DNA from: Actinomycetota bacterium
GTDB taxonomy: Bacteria > Actinomycetota > Thermoleophilia > Gaiellales > Gaiellaceae
Length of the DNA stretch: 64,000 nucleotides
NCBI GenBank assembly: GCA_046765815.1
Contig: JBKPRG010000002.1
Coordinates: 2,501 to 66,500, forward strand
Direction of reading: 5' to 3'
Below the pieces are notes generated by a model. The model did not search any database. It saw only the letters and a list, made by a program, of their open reading frames with translations, and was not told the origin of the DNA. Position 1 is the stretch's first letter; every line of letters begins with the position of its first letter. The position numbers and the translations under genes are program-made. Of the stretch, positions 15,785 through 23,866 are shown piece by piece.

Positions 15785-16617
15785 GCGATTCTCGGCAGCG
15801 TCGCGGGCCGCGCGATGTACACGTGCTCGCAGTGGCGGAATACGTCGAGCTTGTCGGCTCGAACGCGATCGTCGCCGGGCCCGCAGTCGATCACGTCGCG
15901 CTCGCCGTCGTTCGCATAGATGTAGTCGGCCCCGCGGCCGGCGTCGACGGCGTCGCTGCCGCGTCCGGGCACGATCCGGTCGCTGCCCGCTCCGGTGCGG
16001 ATCGTGTCGTTGCCGTCACCCGCGTCGACGAGATCGGGGCCTGAGCCGGCGCGGATGTCGTCGTCGCCCCACTGGGCTTCGACCACGTTCTGGCCGTCGC
16101 CCGCGCGGATTGTGTCGGCGCCTGAGCCGCCGATGATGATGTCGCCGCCCAGCGTGCCGACGAGCAGATCGGGGCCGTCGCTGCCGTCGAGGCAGCGGCC
16201 GCGGAGCGCGCTGCCCGTGTACTGCGGGTGGACCGTGCACGGCGTGGGGGTGAGGCGGATGGGCTCGCGGGTGCTGTCCGTCGGCGCGGCGTAGAGCGTG
16301 CTGCCGTCGGCGTAGGTCCAGCCGACGACGTCCGGGACGACGGTGACGAGGCGATCAGGTGACGTCGGCGTCGGCGAGGCCGGCACGGCGGTCGACTCCT
16401 CTGGCGTCGCCGGGCGCATCCCCGTGCCGTCCGGCGCAACGACATACGAGTCGTAGTTCCAGGTGTGCGTGCCGAGGTTCGTCTGGAAGCGGATCAGGTC
16501 GTTCGAGAGCCAGACGGGGTCGAGGCTGTTCGGGTAGTTGACGTAGGGGACGCCCGCGCCGGCGGCGCCGACCAGCACGAAGCCGCCGACGATCGAGAGG
16601 AGCGCGAGGGCCCGCAT
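15781..16617 (-). CDS. Secreted calcium-binding repeat protein (RTX/hemolysin-type GGxGxD-like repeats)
   Basis: Signal peptide MRALALLSIVGGFVLVGAAGAG; C-terminal run of GGSGADTIRAGDG / GSGPDLVDAGDGNDTIRTGAGSD / GRGADYIYANDG repeats. Confidence 0.7.
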   Translation of the reverse strand: MRALALLSIVGGFVLVGAAGAGVPYVNYPNSLDPVWLSNDLIRFQTNLGTHTWNYDSYVVAPDGTGMRPATPEESTAVPASPTPTSPDRLVTVVPDVVGWTYADGSTLYAAPTDSTREPIRLTPTPCTVHPQYTGSALRGRCLDGSDGPDLLVGTLGGDIIIGGSGADTIRAGDGQNVVEAQWGDDDIRAGSGPDLVDAGDGNDTIRTGAGSDRIVPGRGSDAVDAGRGADYIYANDGERDVIDCGPGDDRVRADKLDVFRHCEHVYIARPATLPRIA

Positions 16618-16683
16618 GTGTCGGACGTTACGACGAGGCTGTTAGCGCGCAGTCAGCGTTGCGTTACAGCTTGTGCCTTCAGA

Positions 16684-17322
16684 TCAGCGAAGAGCGTCCT
16701 CGAATCGCGGGTCGTCCCGAACGGCTGCGAGGTCGTCGTCCCTGCGCGCCTGCTCACGGAACGGCGGGAACAGCTCGACCGAGCGCCGGAGGTGGCCGAT
16801 CGTCTCGTCGCTGGTGTCGCCCGTGAGCGTCGCGAAGCACGCGTAGTTGTAATGGAAGCCCGGGTGGTCGGGCGTGTGCTCGAGGCCGCTTCGGACCGAT
16901 GCGAGTGCGTCGGCGTAGCGCTGCTCTCCGTACGCGGCCATCGACTCTCTGTGGAACGGCCATGCGTCCCCCCAGTCGAGCCCCTGGTACGCCTCGCCGG
17001 GCGTCGCGCCGAGCGCGAGGACGATCCCTTCTCCGGTTGCCTTCCGCCGCGTTTCCGGCGGGACGTAGACGAATGTCCCTGCGGGCGCGTCGACAGTCTC
17101 GCCGTTGACCTCGAAGCTCGCCTTCCCCTCGAGGACGATGTACAGCTCCTCCTGGCCCGAGCCGAGCTCATCGTGCTCGGAGATGAGCGTGCCGTCCTCA
17201 CTCGGCGTGTAGGCGTTGATCCCGAAGCCGTGGATCCCGAAGTGCTCGCGCACCGGGATATCTCTGCCGCGCCGCTCGATGTCTTCGAGACGCCCGGCTT
17301 GCCACTTCGAGTCGTTGCTCAT
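16684..17322 (-). CDS. Cupin domain protein with helical C-terminal extension
   Basis: Cupin-like core HDELGSGQEELYIVLEGKASFEVNGETVDAPAGTFVYVPP. Confidence 0.7.
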   Translation of the reverse strand: MSNDSKWQAGRLEDIERRGRDIPVREHFGIHGFGINAYTPSEDGTLISEHDELGSGQEELYIVLEGKASFEVNGETVDAPAGTFVYVPPETRRKATGEGIVLALGATPGEAYQGLDWGDAWPFHRESMAAYGEQRYADALASVRSGLEHTPDHPGFHYNYACFATLTGDTSDETIGHLRRSVELFPPFREQARRDDDLAAVRDDPRFEDALR

Positions 17323-17379
17323 CCGATCCCCCTCCGTCTGAACGCGGGTCGATGCGAAGCTTCGATCGTACCGAGGGGG

Positions 17380-18015
17380 CTAAATGAGGCGCCGTTCGTG
17401 CGCCCAACGCGTCAGCTCGTGGCGCGACGAGAGCTGGAGCTTCCGCAGCACGCTCGAGACGTGCGCCTCGACCGTCTTGACCGAGAGATGGAGCCGCGCC
17501 GCGATCTCCTTGTAGCGGTAGCCGCGCGCGATCAGCTGCAGCACCTCGCGCTCGCGCGCGGTAAGCGTCTCGAGCTCTGCGTCCGCGCCGACGGGGTCGC
17601 CTGCACGGAACGCGTCGAGGACGAAGCCGGCGAGCCGCGGCGAGAAAACGGCATCGCCTTCGGCGACGCGCTCGATCGCGTCGGTCAGCTCGGCACGCGA
17701 GATCGTCTTCGTCACGTAGCCGCGGGCACCGGCACGGATGACACCGATCACGTCCTCGGCCGCGTCGGAGACCGACAGCGCCAGGAACTTGACGCCGGGG
17801 CGCTCGGGCGCGACGGCCGCGATCACTGCCTCGCCGCCTCCATCCGGCAGGTGCACGTCGAGGAGCACGACCTCTGGGTCGAGGTCACGGATCAGCGGCA
17901 CGGCCTCGGCGACGCTGCCCGCTTCGCCGACGATCTCGGCGGCGCCGCCCAGCTCGTTGCGGACGCCCGCCCGAAAGAGCTCGTGGTCGTCGACGAGAAA
18001 GACGCGCCGTCTCAT
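17380..18015 (-). CDS. NarL/LuxR-family response regulator
   Basis: REC (VFLVDDHELF...LLDVHLPDGGG) plus HTH LTAREREVLQLIARGYRYKEIAARLHLSVKTVEAHV; ATG 18015 overlaps kinase stop (ATGA). Confidence 0.9.
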   Translation of the reverse strand: MRRRVFLVDDHELFRAGVRNELGGAAEIVGEAGSVAEAVPLIRDLDPEVVLLDVHLPDGGGEAVIAAVAPERPGVKFLALSVSDAAEDVIGVIRAGARGYVTKTISRAELTDAIERVAEGDAVFSPRLAGFVLDAFRAGDPVGADAELETLTAREREVLQLIARGYRYKEIAARLHLSVKTVEAHVSSVLRKLQLSSRHELTRWAHERRLI

Positions 18016-19070
18016 CGCGGCAACCTCAACTCGACCTCCGTACCGGCGCCGGCTGCCGAGGCGATCGTCGCCGTGCCGCCGGCACGGCGCATGCGACCCT
18101 CGATCGACTCCGCGATCCCGCGGCGGTCGCCGGGAACGGCTGCGCGGTCGAAGCCGGCGCCGCGGTCGCGCACGAAGACGGAGATCGCGTCGTCGTTCGC
18201 CTCGGCGTAGACCGCGATCTCGTCGCTGCCCGAGAACTTCGCCGCGTTGGTCATCGCCTCGCGCGCGGCGAGCACGAGCTGCTCGACGCCCGTATCTACG
18301 GGCACTCGTCCCGAGCTCGCGAGCTCGATGCGCACGCCGTGCAGCTCCTCGACGTCGGCGGCGGCATCCGCGAGTGCGTCCTCGAGCGTGCTCGCGCCGT
18401 CGACGCCGGTGCCGTAGAGCCACCGGCGGAGCTCGCGCTCCTGCCGGCGCGAGATCGCCGCAACGCGCACGGGGTCGTCCGCGTGCCGCTGCACGAGCGC
18501 GAGCGTCTGCAGGACGGAATCGTGCACGCGCGCCGCGACCTCGGCTCGCTCGGCAGTGCGGATGCGTTCCGCACGCTCGGTCGTCAGCTGCCAGACCCAC
18601 GGGCCGAGCAGGAGGAGGAAGGCTCCGGCGATCGCTCCCGGCGCGAGGAATGAACCCGACGGGCCGATGTCGCTGAGCACGATCACGGCACCGATCATCG
18701 TGAGCGCGACCGCGAGGATCGGCAGCGTGCCACCCGGTCGCAGCGAGCCGCCCCGCCGAAGCGAGATCACGGCCGCAAGCAGGATCAGCGCGATGCCGAA
18801 CACCGTTCCGGTGGAGAAGCCGAAGGCGAGCAGGAGTGCGAGCAGCGCGGCGAAGACCAGGCCGGCCGCACGGCGAGCTCTGCCGCGCGAGTACGCCCAG
18901 AGCGCGAAGTAAAGAAGGATGCCGGCGCCCCCCGCGATCGCGAGCAGCGCGAACGCGAGCCGGACGAGCGTCGCGTCGACGCGAAGCGTCGACGCGAGCC
19001 CGCCGCAGACTCCCGCGATCACGCGGTCCTGCTCGCTCCGCTCGAAGGCGGGCGCCGGGATGCTCGTCAC
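18012..19070 (-). CDS. Sensor histidine kinase with N-terminal PspC domain (HisKA_3 type)
   Basis: PspC motif RVIAGVCGGLASTLRVDATLVRLAFAL, TM segments, H-box ARVHDSVLQTL, HATPase N/G boxes (EAMTNAAKF, DRGAGF); GTG 19070 overlaps upstream stop (GTGA). Confidence 0.85.
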   Translation of the reverse strand: MTSIPAPAFERSEQDRVIAGVCGGLASTLRVDATLVRLAFALLAIAGGAGILLYFALWAYSRGRARRAAGLVFAALLALLLAFGFSTGTVFGIALILLAAVISLRRGGSLRPGGTLPILAVALTMIGAVIVLSDIGPSGSFLAPGAIAGAFLLLLGPWVWQLTTERAERIRTAERAEVAARVHDSVLQTLALVQRHADDPVRVAAISRRQERELRRWLYGTGVDGASTLEDALADAAADVEELHGVRIELASSGRVPVDTGVEQLVLAAREAMTNAAKFSGSDEIAVYAEANDDAISVFVRDRGAGFDRAAVPGDRRGIAESIEGRMRRAGGTATIASAAGAGTEVELRLPR

Positions 19071-19906
19071 TGAGCCCGCACCACGTCGATCCGCCCGGCT
19101 CCGATCTTGGCGTCGAGGACGAGCCCGCCCTTGCCGGTCTGGATAGCCGCGTTCGTACCGTCGTCGTGACGGTTGAACACGTAGACGTCGCCTGCCTTGG
19201 CGTGCGCGTCGACGCTGACCGCTGTGTCGCGCGGGACGATCACCTTCAGTCTCCCGACCCCAACCGACGCCTTCACATGCGCGGGAGCCGTGACGTGGGA
19301 GAGGTCGACGCGCAGGTCGCCGATACCGAGCTCGTAGGACGGCCGGACGTCGGCTGCGGCCGCCGGCTGGTAGGTGCGATCGCCGACCCCGTCCGAAAGG
19401 CTGAGATCGAACCACGAGAAGGCGGCGATGACCGCCACTGCGACCGCGACCGAGAGCAGCGAGACGAGGGCTGCGACGAACCGAAGCACGCGCCGGCTAC
19501 CACGCTCCTGCCTAGTTGCCCAGAGGATGATCAGCCCACCGACGAGGATCAGGGCCCAGCCCGCCCCGGCGGACGGCCAGAGGTCGCCCCTCGAGAGGAG
19601 CACGGCGATCGCCACGCCCACCAGGCCGAGGCCGATCAGGGGCGCCGGCCGCTCACGGCGCTCGGCGAGCGCCCGGGCGGCGATGGACTGCTCCTCGCCC
19701 TCGACCGGCATCACGAGGACTGCCGCGAGGTAGACGAGGACACCGGCTCCGCCGAGGATCGTCAGGATGACGAACCCGAGGCGGAACACGTTCGGGTTGA
19801 GGTCGAAATACCGACCGAGGCCACCGGCGACGCCGGCGATCTTCTTGTCGGAACTGCTGCGCTCGAGGCGCTTGATGCCTGCTGTATGTGTGGTGTATTC
19901 GCTCAT
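19067..19906 (-). CDS. PspC-domain membrane protein with LiaF-like beta-rich C-terminal domain
   Basis: KKIAGVAGGLGRYFDLNPNVFRLGFVILTILGGAGVLVY PspC motif; 3-4 TM; C-terminal repeated beta region. Confidence 0.8.
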   Translation of the reverse strand: MSEYTTHTAGIKRLERSSSDKKIAGVAGGLGRYFDLNPNVFRLGFVILTILGGAGVLVYLAAVLVMPVEGEEQSIAARALAERRERPAPLIGLGLVGVAIAVLLSRGDLWPSAGAGWALILVGGLIILWATRQERGSRRVLRFVAALVSLLSVAVAVAVIAAFSWFDLSLSDGVGDRTYQPAAAADVRPSYELGIGDLRVDLSHVTAPAHVKASVGVGRLKVIVPRDTAVSVDAHAKAGDVYVFNRHDDGTNAAIQTGKGGLVLDAKIGAGRIDVVRAQ

Positions 19907-19987
19907 GCCTCGAGGGTGCCGACGGGAGGCCCGGACGGCTATCCGGAATCACCCTGGTCCGACCCTCAACGCTACTCTCGTCCTTCC

Positions 19988-20440
19988 ATGGCCGAGAAGA
20001 CGATCGCCGAGAATCGCCGTGCGCGGCACGACTACCAGCTCCTCGAGCGCGTCGAGGCGGGGCTGGTGTTGACCGGCACGGAGGTGAAGTCGCTGCGCGA
20101 CGGGCGGGTCACGCTCGCGCACGCGTTCGCGGACATTCGCGACGGCGAGGCCTGGCTGCACGGCGTCGAGATAGCGATCTACGACCACGGCAACCGCGCC
20201 AACCACGAGCCGACGCGGCCGCGGAAGCTCCTCCTGCACCGGCGGGAGATCGACTCGCTCTACGGGATGGTGCGGGAGAAGGGGCTGACGATCGTGCCGA
20301 CGCGGCTCTACTTCAAGGACGGGCGGGCGAAGATCGAGCTCGCCGTCGCGCGCGGCAAGGAGCAGCGCGACAAGCGCCGCGACGTCGCCGAGCGCGAGGC
20401 GCGCCGTCAGATGGAGCGCGCAGTCAAGGGTCGTCGCTGA
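19988..20440 (+). CDS. smpB: SsrA-binding protein SmpB
   Basis: IAENRRARHDYQLLERVEAGLVLTGTEVKSLR..., RKLLLHRREI, basic C-terminal tail; ATG 19988. Confidence 0.95.
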   Translation: MAEKTIAENRRARHDYQLLERVEAGLVLTGTEVKSLRDGRVTLAHAFADIRDGEAWLHGVEIAIYDHGNRANHEPTRPRKLLLHRREIDSLYGMVREKGLTIVPTRLYFKDGRAKIELAVARGKEQRDKRRDVAEREARRQMERAVKGRR

Positions 20441-20933
20441 GGGTCACGTCGACGCGTCCGTCGCTGCGCTTGGTGATGCGCAACGGATACCGGTTCGTGC
20501 CCTGGACGACGACATCCATCGTTTGGCTGTCGGGCAGGATGCGGCGGCCGAGCTCGCGTCGCGCCCCGAGCCAGTCGCGGTGCCGCGCAAGCGCCGTCTC
20601 GACGGCCGGCGCGATCTCGCTCTCCTGGAACGGCTTGACGAGGTAGGCGTAGATGCCCGCGCCGATCGCGCGCTCGACGAGTGCTGAGTCCGAGTAGGCG
20701 GTGACGAGCACGATCGGGATCTGCTGCGCCGCCGTGATGCGCCGCGCCGCCTCGATGCCGTCGAGATTCGGCATCTTCACGTCGAGCAATGCGAGGTCGG
20801 GCTCGTGCTCGCGCGCGAGGGACACCGCCTCAGCGCCGTCGCGAGCCTCGATCGTCTCGTAGCCGGCAGCCCGGAGGGCGGAGCACAGGTCGAGCCGGAT
20901 GATCGTCTCGTCTTCTGCAACGAGGATTCGCAC
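20424..20933 (-). CDS. Response-regulator receiver protein with short unassigned C-terminal module
   Basis: REC motifs ILVAEDE, LLDVKMPNLDG, YLVKPF; start GTG 20933 (or 20945); 3' end overlaps smpB by 17 nt tail-to-tail. Confidence 0.75.
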   Translation of the reverse strand: MRILVAEDETIIRLDLCSALRAAGYETIEARDGAEAVSLAREHEPDLALLDVKMPNLDGIEAARRITAAQQIPIVLVTAYSDSALVERAIGAGIYAYLVKPFQESEIAPAVETALARHRDWLGARRELGRRILPDSQTMDVVVQGTNRYPLRITKRSDGRVDVTLSDDP

Positions 20934-21040
20934 GGGCCACCTCACTGGTCGAAGGAATCGACGGCGGCGTCGCCCTGGCAGTTCCGGCGCTGGTTCCTGC
21001 CGGGAGAAACGGTAGCTGACGCCCCAGCTACCGTTGCCGC

Positions 21041-21943
21041 GTGCGCGCGCTCGGGGTGGGCCTGGCGTTTCTCGTGCTCGTGGCCGCGGCGGGTGGGTCG
21101 ACCGTCCCGGCCGACCTCGTGCCCGCACGGCTGACGCTCCAGGCGGCCGACGTGCCGACGGGCCGGCTCGCCTCGCAGGGACCGGTGCACGAGCAGGGCT
21201 ACGTCGCCGCGTACCAGCGAACGTTCAGCTTCAAGTCGCCGAGCGGCAGCTCAGGCTTCCTCTTGGTGCAGTCCGAGGCGCTGCTGGCGGGCACCGTCGC
21301 GCGCGCGGCTTCCGGCCTCGACCGGCTGCGCGCGACCTTCTCGTCGAAGACGGGGCGGGCAGCGTACGCGGCTGCAATCGCGAATGCGCTGGCCGTGAAG
21401 GTCGCTGCCGTGCGCGTGTTGCCGCCGCGCATGCCGCGAGTCGGCGACCACGCCGTCGAGCTGCCGCTGAGCGTGGTCGTGGGCGGGCGTCGCGTCTACG
21501 AAAGCGTCCTCTACATGCAGCTCGACCGAGTCGTGAGCGAGATCGTCGCCTCGGCCGTTCGCCCGGTCGCCCCGGTGGAGAGCCGCCGGCTCGCGGCGCG
21601 GGTTGCGACGCACATCGGCGATGCGCTGAAACCGGCGAGCCTGGCACCGCCTGTCGTGACCGGAGATACGCAGGTCGGATCCGCGTTGGCGGCCGCGACG
21701 GGCGACTGGCGGGGAGAAGCAACGTTCACCTTCCAGTGGCAGCGGTGCCAGGACGTGGGCGCGTGCACCGACATCGCCTTGGCGACGGACGCGGGCTATA
21801 CGACCGCAGACGCGGACGTCGGCTTCGAGCTGCGTGTCGTGGTCACCGCCGCCAACCGCTTCGGCACGGTTGCCGTTCCGTCCGCTTTGACGGCTGTGGT
21901 CGTCGCGCCGCCGCCACCGCCGCCTCCACCGGAGCTACGATGA
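21041..21943 (+). CDS. Secreted hypothetical protein with C-terminal Ig-like module and poly-Pro tail
   Basis: Signal peptide MRALGVGLAFLVLVAAAGG; C-terminal GDWRGEATFTFQWQRCQDVGACTDI...ADVGFELRVVVTAAN module; PPPPPPPP end. Confidence 0.65.
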   Translation: MRALGVGLAFLVLVAAAGGSTVPADLVPARLTLQAADVPTGRLASQGPVHEQGYVAAYQRTFSFKSPSGSSGFLLVQSEALLAGTVARAASGLDRLRATFSSKTGRAAYAAAIANALAVKVAAVRVLPPRMPRVGDHAVELPLSVVVGGRRVYESVLYMQLDRVVSEIVASAVRPVAPVESRRLAARVATHIGDALKPASLAPPVVTGDTQVGSALAAATGDWRGEATFTFQWQRCQDVGACTDIALATDAGYTTADADVGFELRVVVTAANRFGTVAVPSALTAVVVAPPPPPPPPELR

Positions 21944-21959
21944 GGGCGAACGTACATAC

Positions 21960-22323
21960 GGGGGCGCCATGGCTTCGACGTGGTTGGTTCTCCGGATGAG
22001 CTGCAAGCGGAGGTCTCCGGTCGGCCTCCTAAAACAACCGGAACCAAACGCAAGTGCGGATCACGATCTCGCACTCGCTGCCTAAGTCCTAGCGACTTAA
22101 CGCAGCGTGTCGCCCCGGGCGCGCCCGCCGCCCGGAAGCGGCATCAACAAGCGGGCTCGGCGCCAAAGGAGAGCCACTCGCCGGCGGCGCGACATTTCAG
22201 GAGGGCTAGCTCGTCGGTAGGTCGGTCGCCAACCGGCCGCCGAGCGAATCGAAAGGGCGGCCTAAGCTTGTAGACGCTCATGCGGGGCTTCCGCGGACGC
22301 GGGTTCGATTCCCGCCGCCTCCA
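21960..22323 (+). ncRNA. ssrA: tmRNA (SsrA)
   Basis: 5' GGGGGCGCCAUGGCUUCGACG and 3' GCGGGUUCGAUUCCCGC-CGCCUCC-A form a tRNA-Ala-like acceptor/T-arm with G3:U70; internal tag frame GCA AGT GCG GAT CAC GAT CTC GCA CTC GCT GCC TAA (22050-22085); located just downstream of smpB. Confidence 0.9.
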
Positions 22324-22391
22324 CTTTTCGGGACACCGCGAGCGTCGTGCGTGCTGTTGCCACCAGGCCGCCGACTTCCTATCTTCTTGAC

Positions 22392-23111
22392 ATGAAGGAG
22401 CTCAGCGAACGGGACGTTCATTGCGCGCTCGACATCGCAGCGACTGCAGCGGCAGGAGGGAACGGAACCGCCTTCGGGCTCGAGGCTGTCGACGCAATCG
22501 CAACGGCGATTCCGGCCGACGACGTGGCGTACGTCGAATGGCGGTTTGGCGACGGCGACGTTCTCCGCGTCGCTCAGCAGTCAGAAGAGCCGTCGTGGAT
22601 CGACGATGCGCTCGCCGCCACGTGCGACTCGTACCCGCTGCGCGACATCGATCACGCTGGCTGCCTGGAGCCGCTGAGGATCAGCGACGTCGTCTCACAG
22701 GCGCGCTTTCGCAACAGCGCGTTCTACTCCGCTGTCATGAGGCCGCTCGGCCGTGAGCACGAGCTGAAGTTGTGGCTACCGGCGCCTCGCGGCCATGCGC
22801 GCTACTTCGAACTCGAGCGCCCTCCCGGCCGGGACTTCGAGGAGCGCGATCGTTCGCTCCTCTCCCTGCTCCGACCGCATCTCGCGCGTCTTCGGTCGCG
22901 TTGGGAGCGGCGGCCGCACATGCCCTCCTTGACGGAGCGGGAGTTGGACGTTCTCAGTCTCGTTGCGCAGGGGCTGACGAACCGGGAGATCAGCAGGCAG
23001 CTGTTCATTTCGCCGGCGACTGTCCGAACCCACCTCGAGCACATCTACGACAAGCTTGGGGTTCGGAGTCGCGCAGCCGCCGTAACTGCCGCATTCCGCA
23101 GCGCCTCGTAG
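22392..23111 (+). CDS. LuxR-family transcriptional regulator (C-terminal HTH)
   Basis: LTERELDVLSLVAQGLTNREISRQLFISPATVRTHLEHIYDKLGV; ATG 22392 preferred over GTG 22347. Confidence 0.75.
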   Translation: MKELSERDVHCALDIAATAAAGGNGTAFGLEAVDAIATAIPADDVAYVEWRFGDGDVLRVAQQSEEPSWIDDALAATCDSYPLRDIDHAGCLEPLRISDVVSQARFRNSAFYSAVMRPLGREHELKLWLPAPRGHARYFELERPPGRDFEERDRSLLSLLRPHLARLRSRWERRPHMPSLTERELDVLSLVAQGLTNREISRQLFISPATVRTHLEHIYDKLGVRSRAAAVTAAFRSAS

Positions 23112-23205
23112 CACTTCTGGCTCGAAATACGTCAGATGACCGATTGCAGCTGAGATTGCGGCGCTCCACCGTGTCCCAAAAGGACGACGAGGGGAGGGAG
23201 GAGGG

Positions 23206-23706
23206 ATGCGTTCACTCGCATTTGTGACGGTCAGCATGGCGGCGTTGGCAGCGTCGGTCTTCGCATTCGGCGCCGAGGCCGGACCGCCGTGGGGCCCGGA
23301 GACGCCGCCGTTCAACATCGAGGTCATCCTCCGGGACGTCACCGGCAGCGGCGGATTTGGTCACGTCGAGTTCCGTCAGCCGAACGACGGCGCAAAGATC
23401 GTCTACCTCGACACATGGGTACGCGACCTGACGCCGAACCGTGCCTACCGGCTCCAGCGCGCGGTCGATACGACGCTCGACGGCAGTTGTCCACGCGTCG
23501 AGACCGACTGGCTCAGTCTTGGCAAAGGGCTCGTGCCGCAAACGATCACGACCGATGACCGAGGAACCGGTCGGGAGGACCTGTGGCGTGATCTCGGCGC
23601 GGCGCCGACGGGCAAGCAGTTCGACATCAACTTCCGCATCGTCGACACGGTCAGTTCGGCGCCGGTGCTCGAGAGCGGCTGCTACCGCTTTACGGTCGAC
23701 CTCTAG
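23206..23706 (+). CDS. Secreted hypothetical protein
   Basis: Strong [16 protein letters not shown] before ATG; signal peptide MRSLAFVTVSMAALAASVFAFGAEA. Confidence 0.65.
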   Translation: MRSLAFVTVSMAALAASVFAFGAEAGPPWGPETPPFNIEVILRDVTGSGGFGHVEFRQPNDGAKIVYLDTWVRDLTPNRAYRLQRAVDTTLDGSCPRVETDWLSLGKGLVPQTITTDDRGTGREDLWRDLGAAPTGKQFDINFRIVDTVSSAPVLESGCYRFTVDL

Positions 23707-23719
23707 CATCGAAAGCTAC

Positions 23720-23751
23720 GGGGGCGGCCCACCACCCCGGCGGTCGCCCCC
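23720..23751. terminator. GC-rich hairpin between convergent genes
   Basis: GGGGGCG ... CGCCCCC stem followed by TTCTC; sits between stops at 23706 (+) and 23867 (-). Confidence 0.4.
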
Positions 23752-23866
23752 TTCTCGCTCGCTATACCCAGGCGCCGGCCGTCTAGTGGCGCATGCCCTC
23801 AGTCACCATTCGGTCGAGGACGCGGGGCCTTGCCGCCGGCCCGGGTGCGGTCCGTTCTCCATCCTG

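Noticed and set aside
20424-20933. Possibility that the receiver protein is a PdtaR-like ANTAR antiterminator
   Set aside because: The C-terminal ~50 aa lack the helical ANTAR pattern and appear beta-rich instead, so the gene is called only as REC plus an unknown tail.
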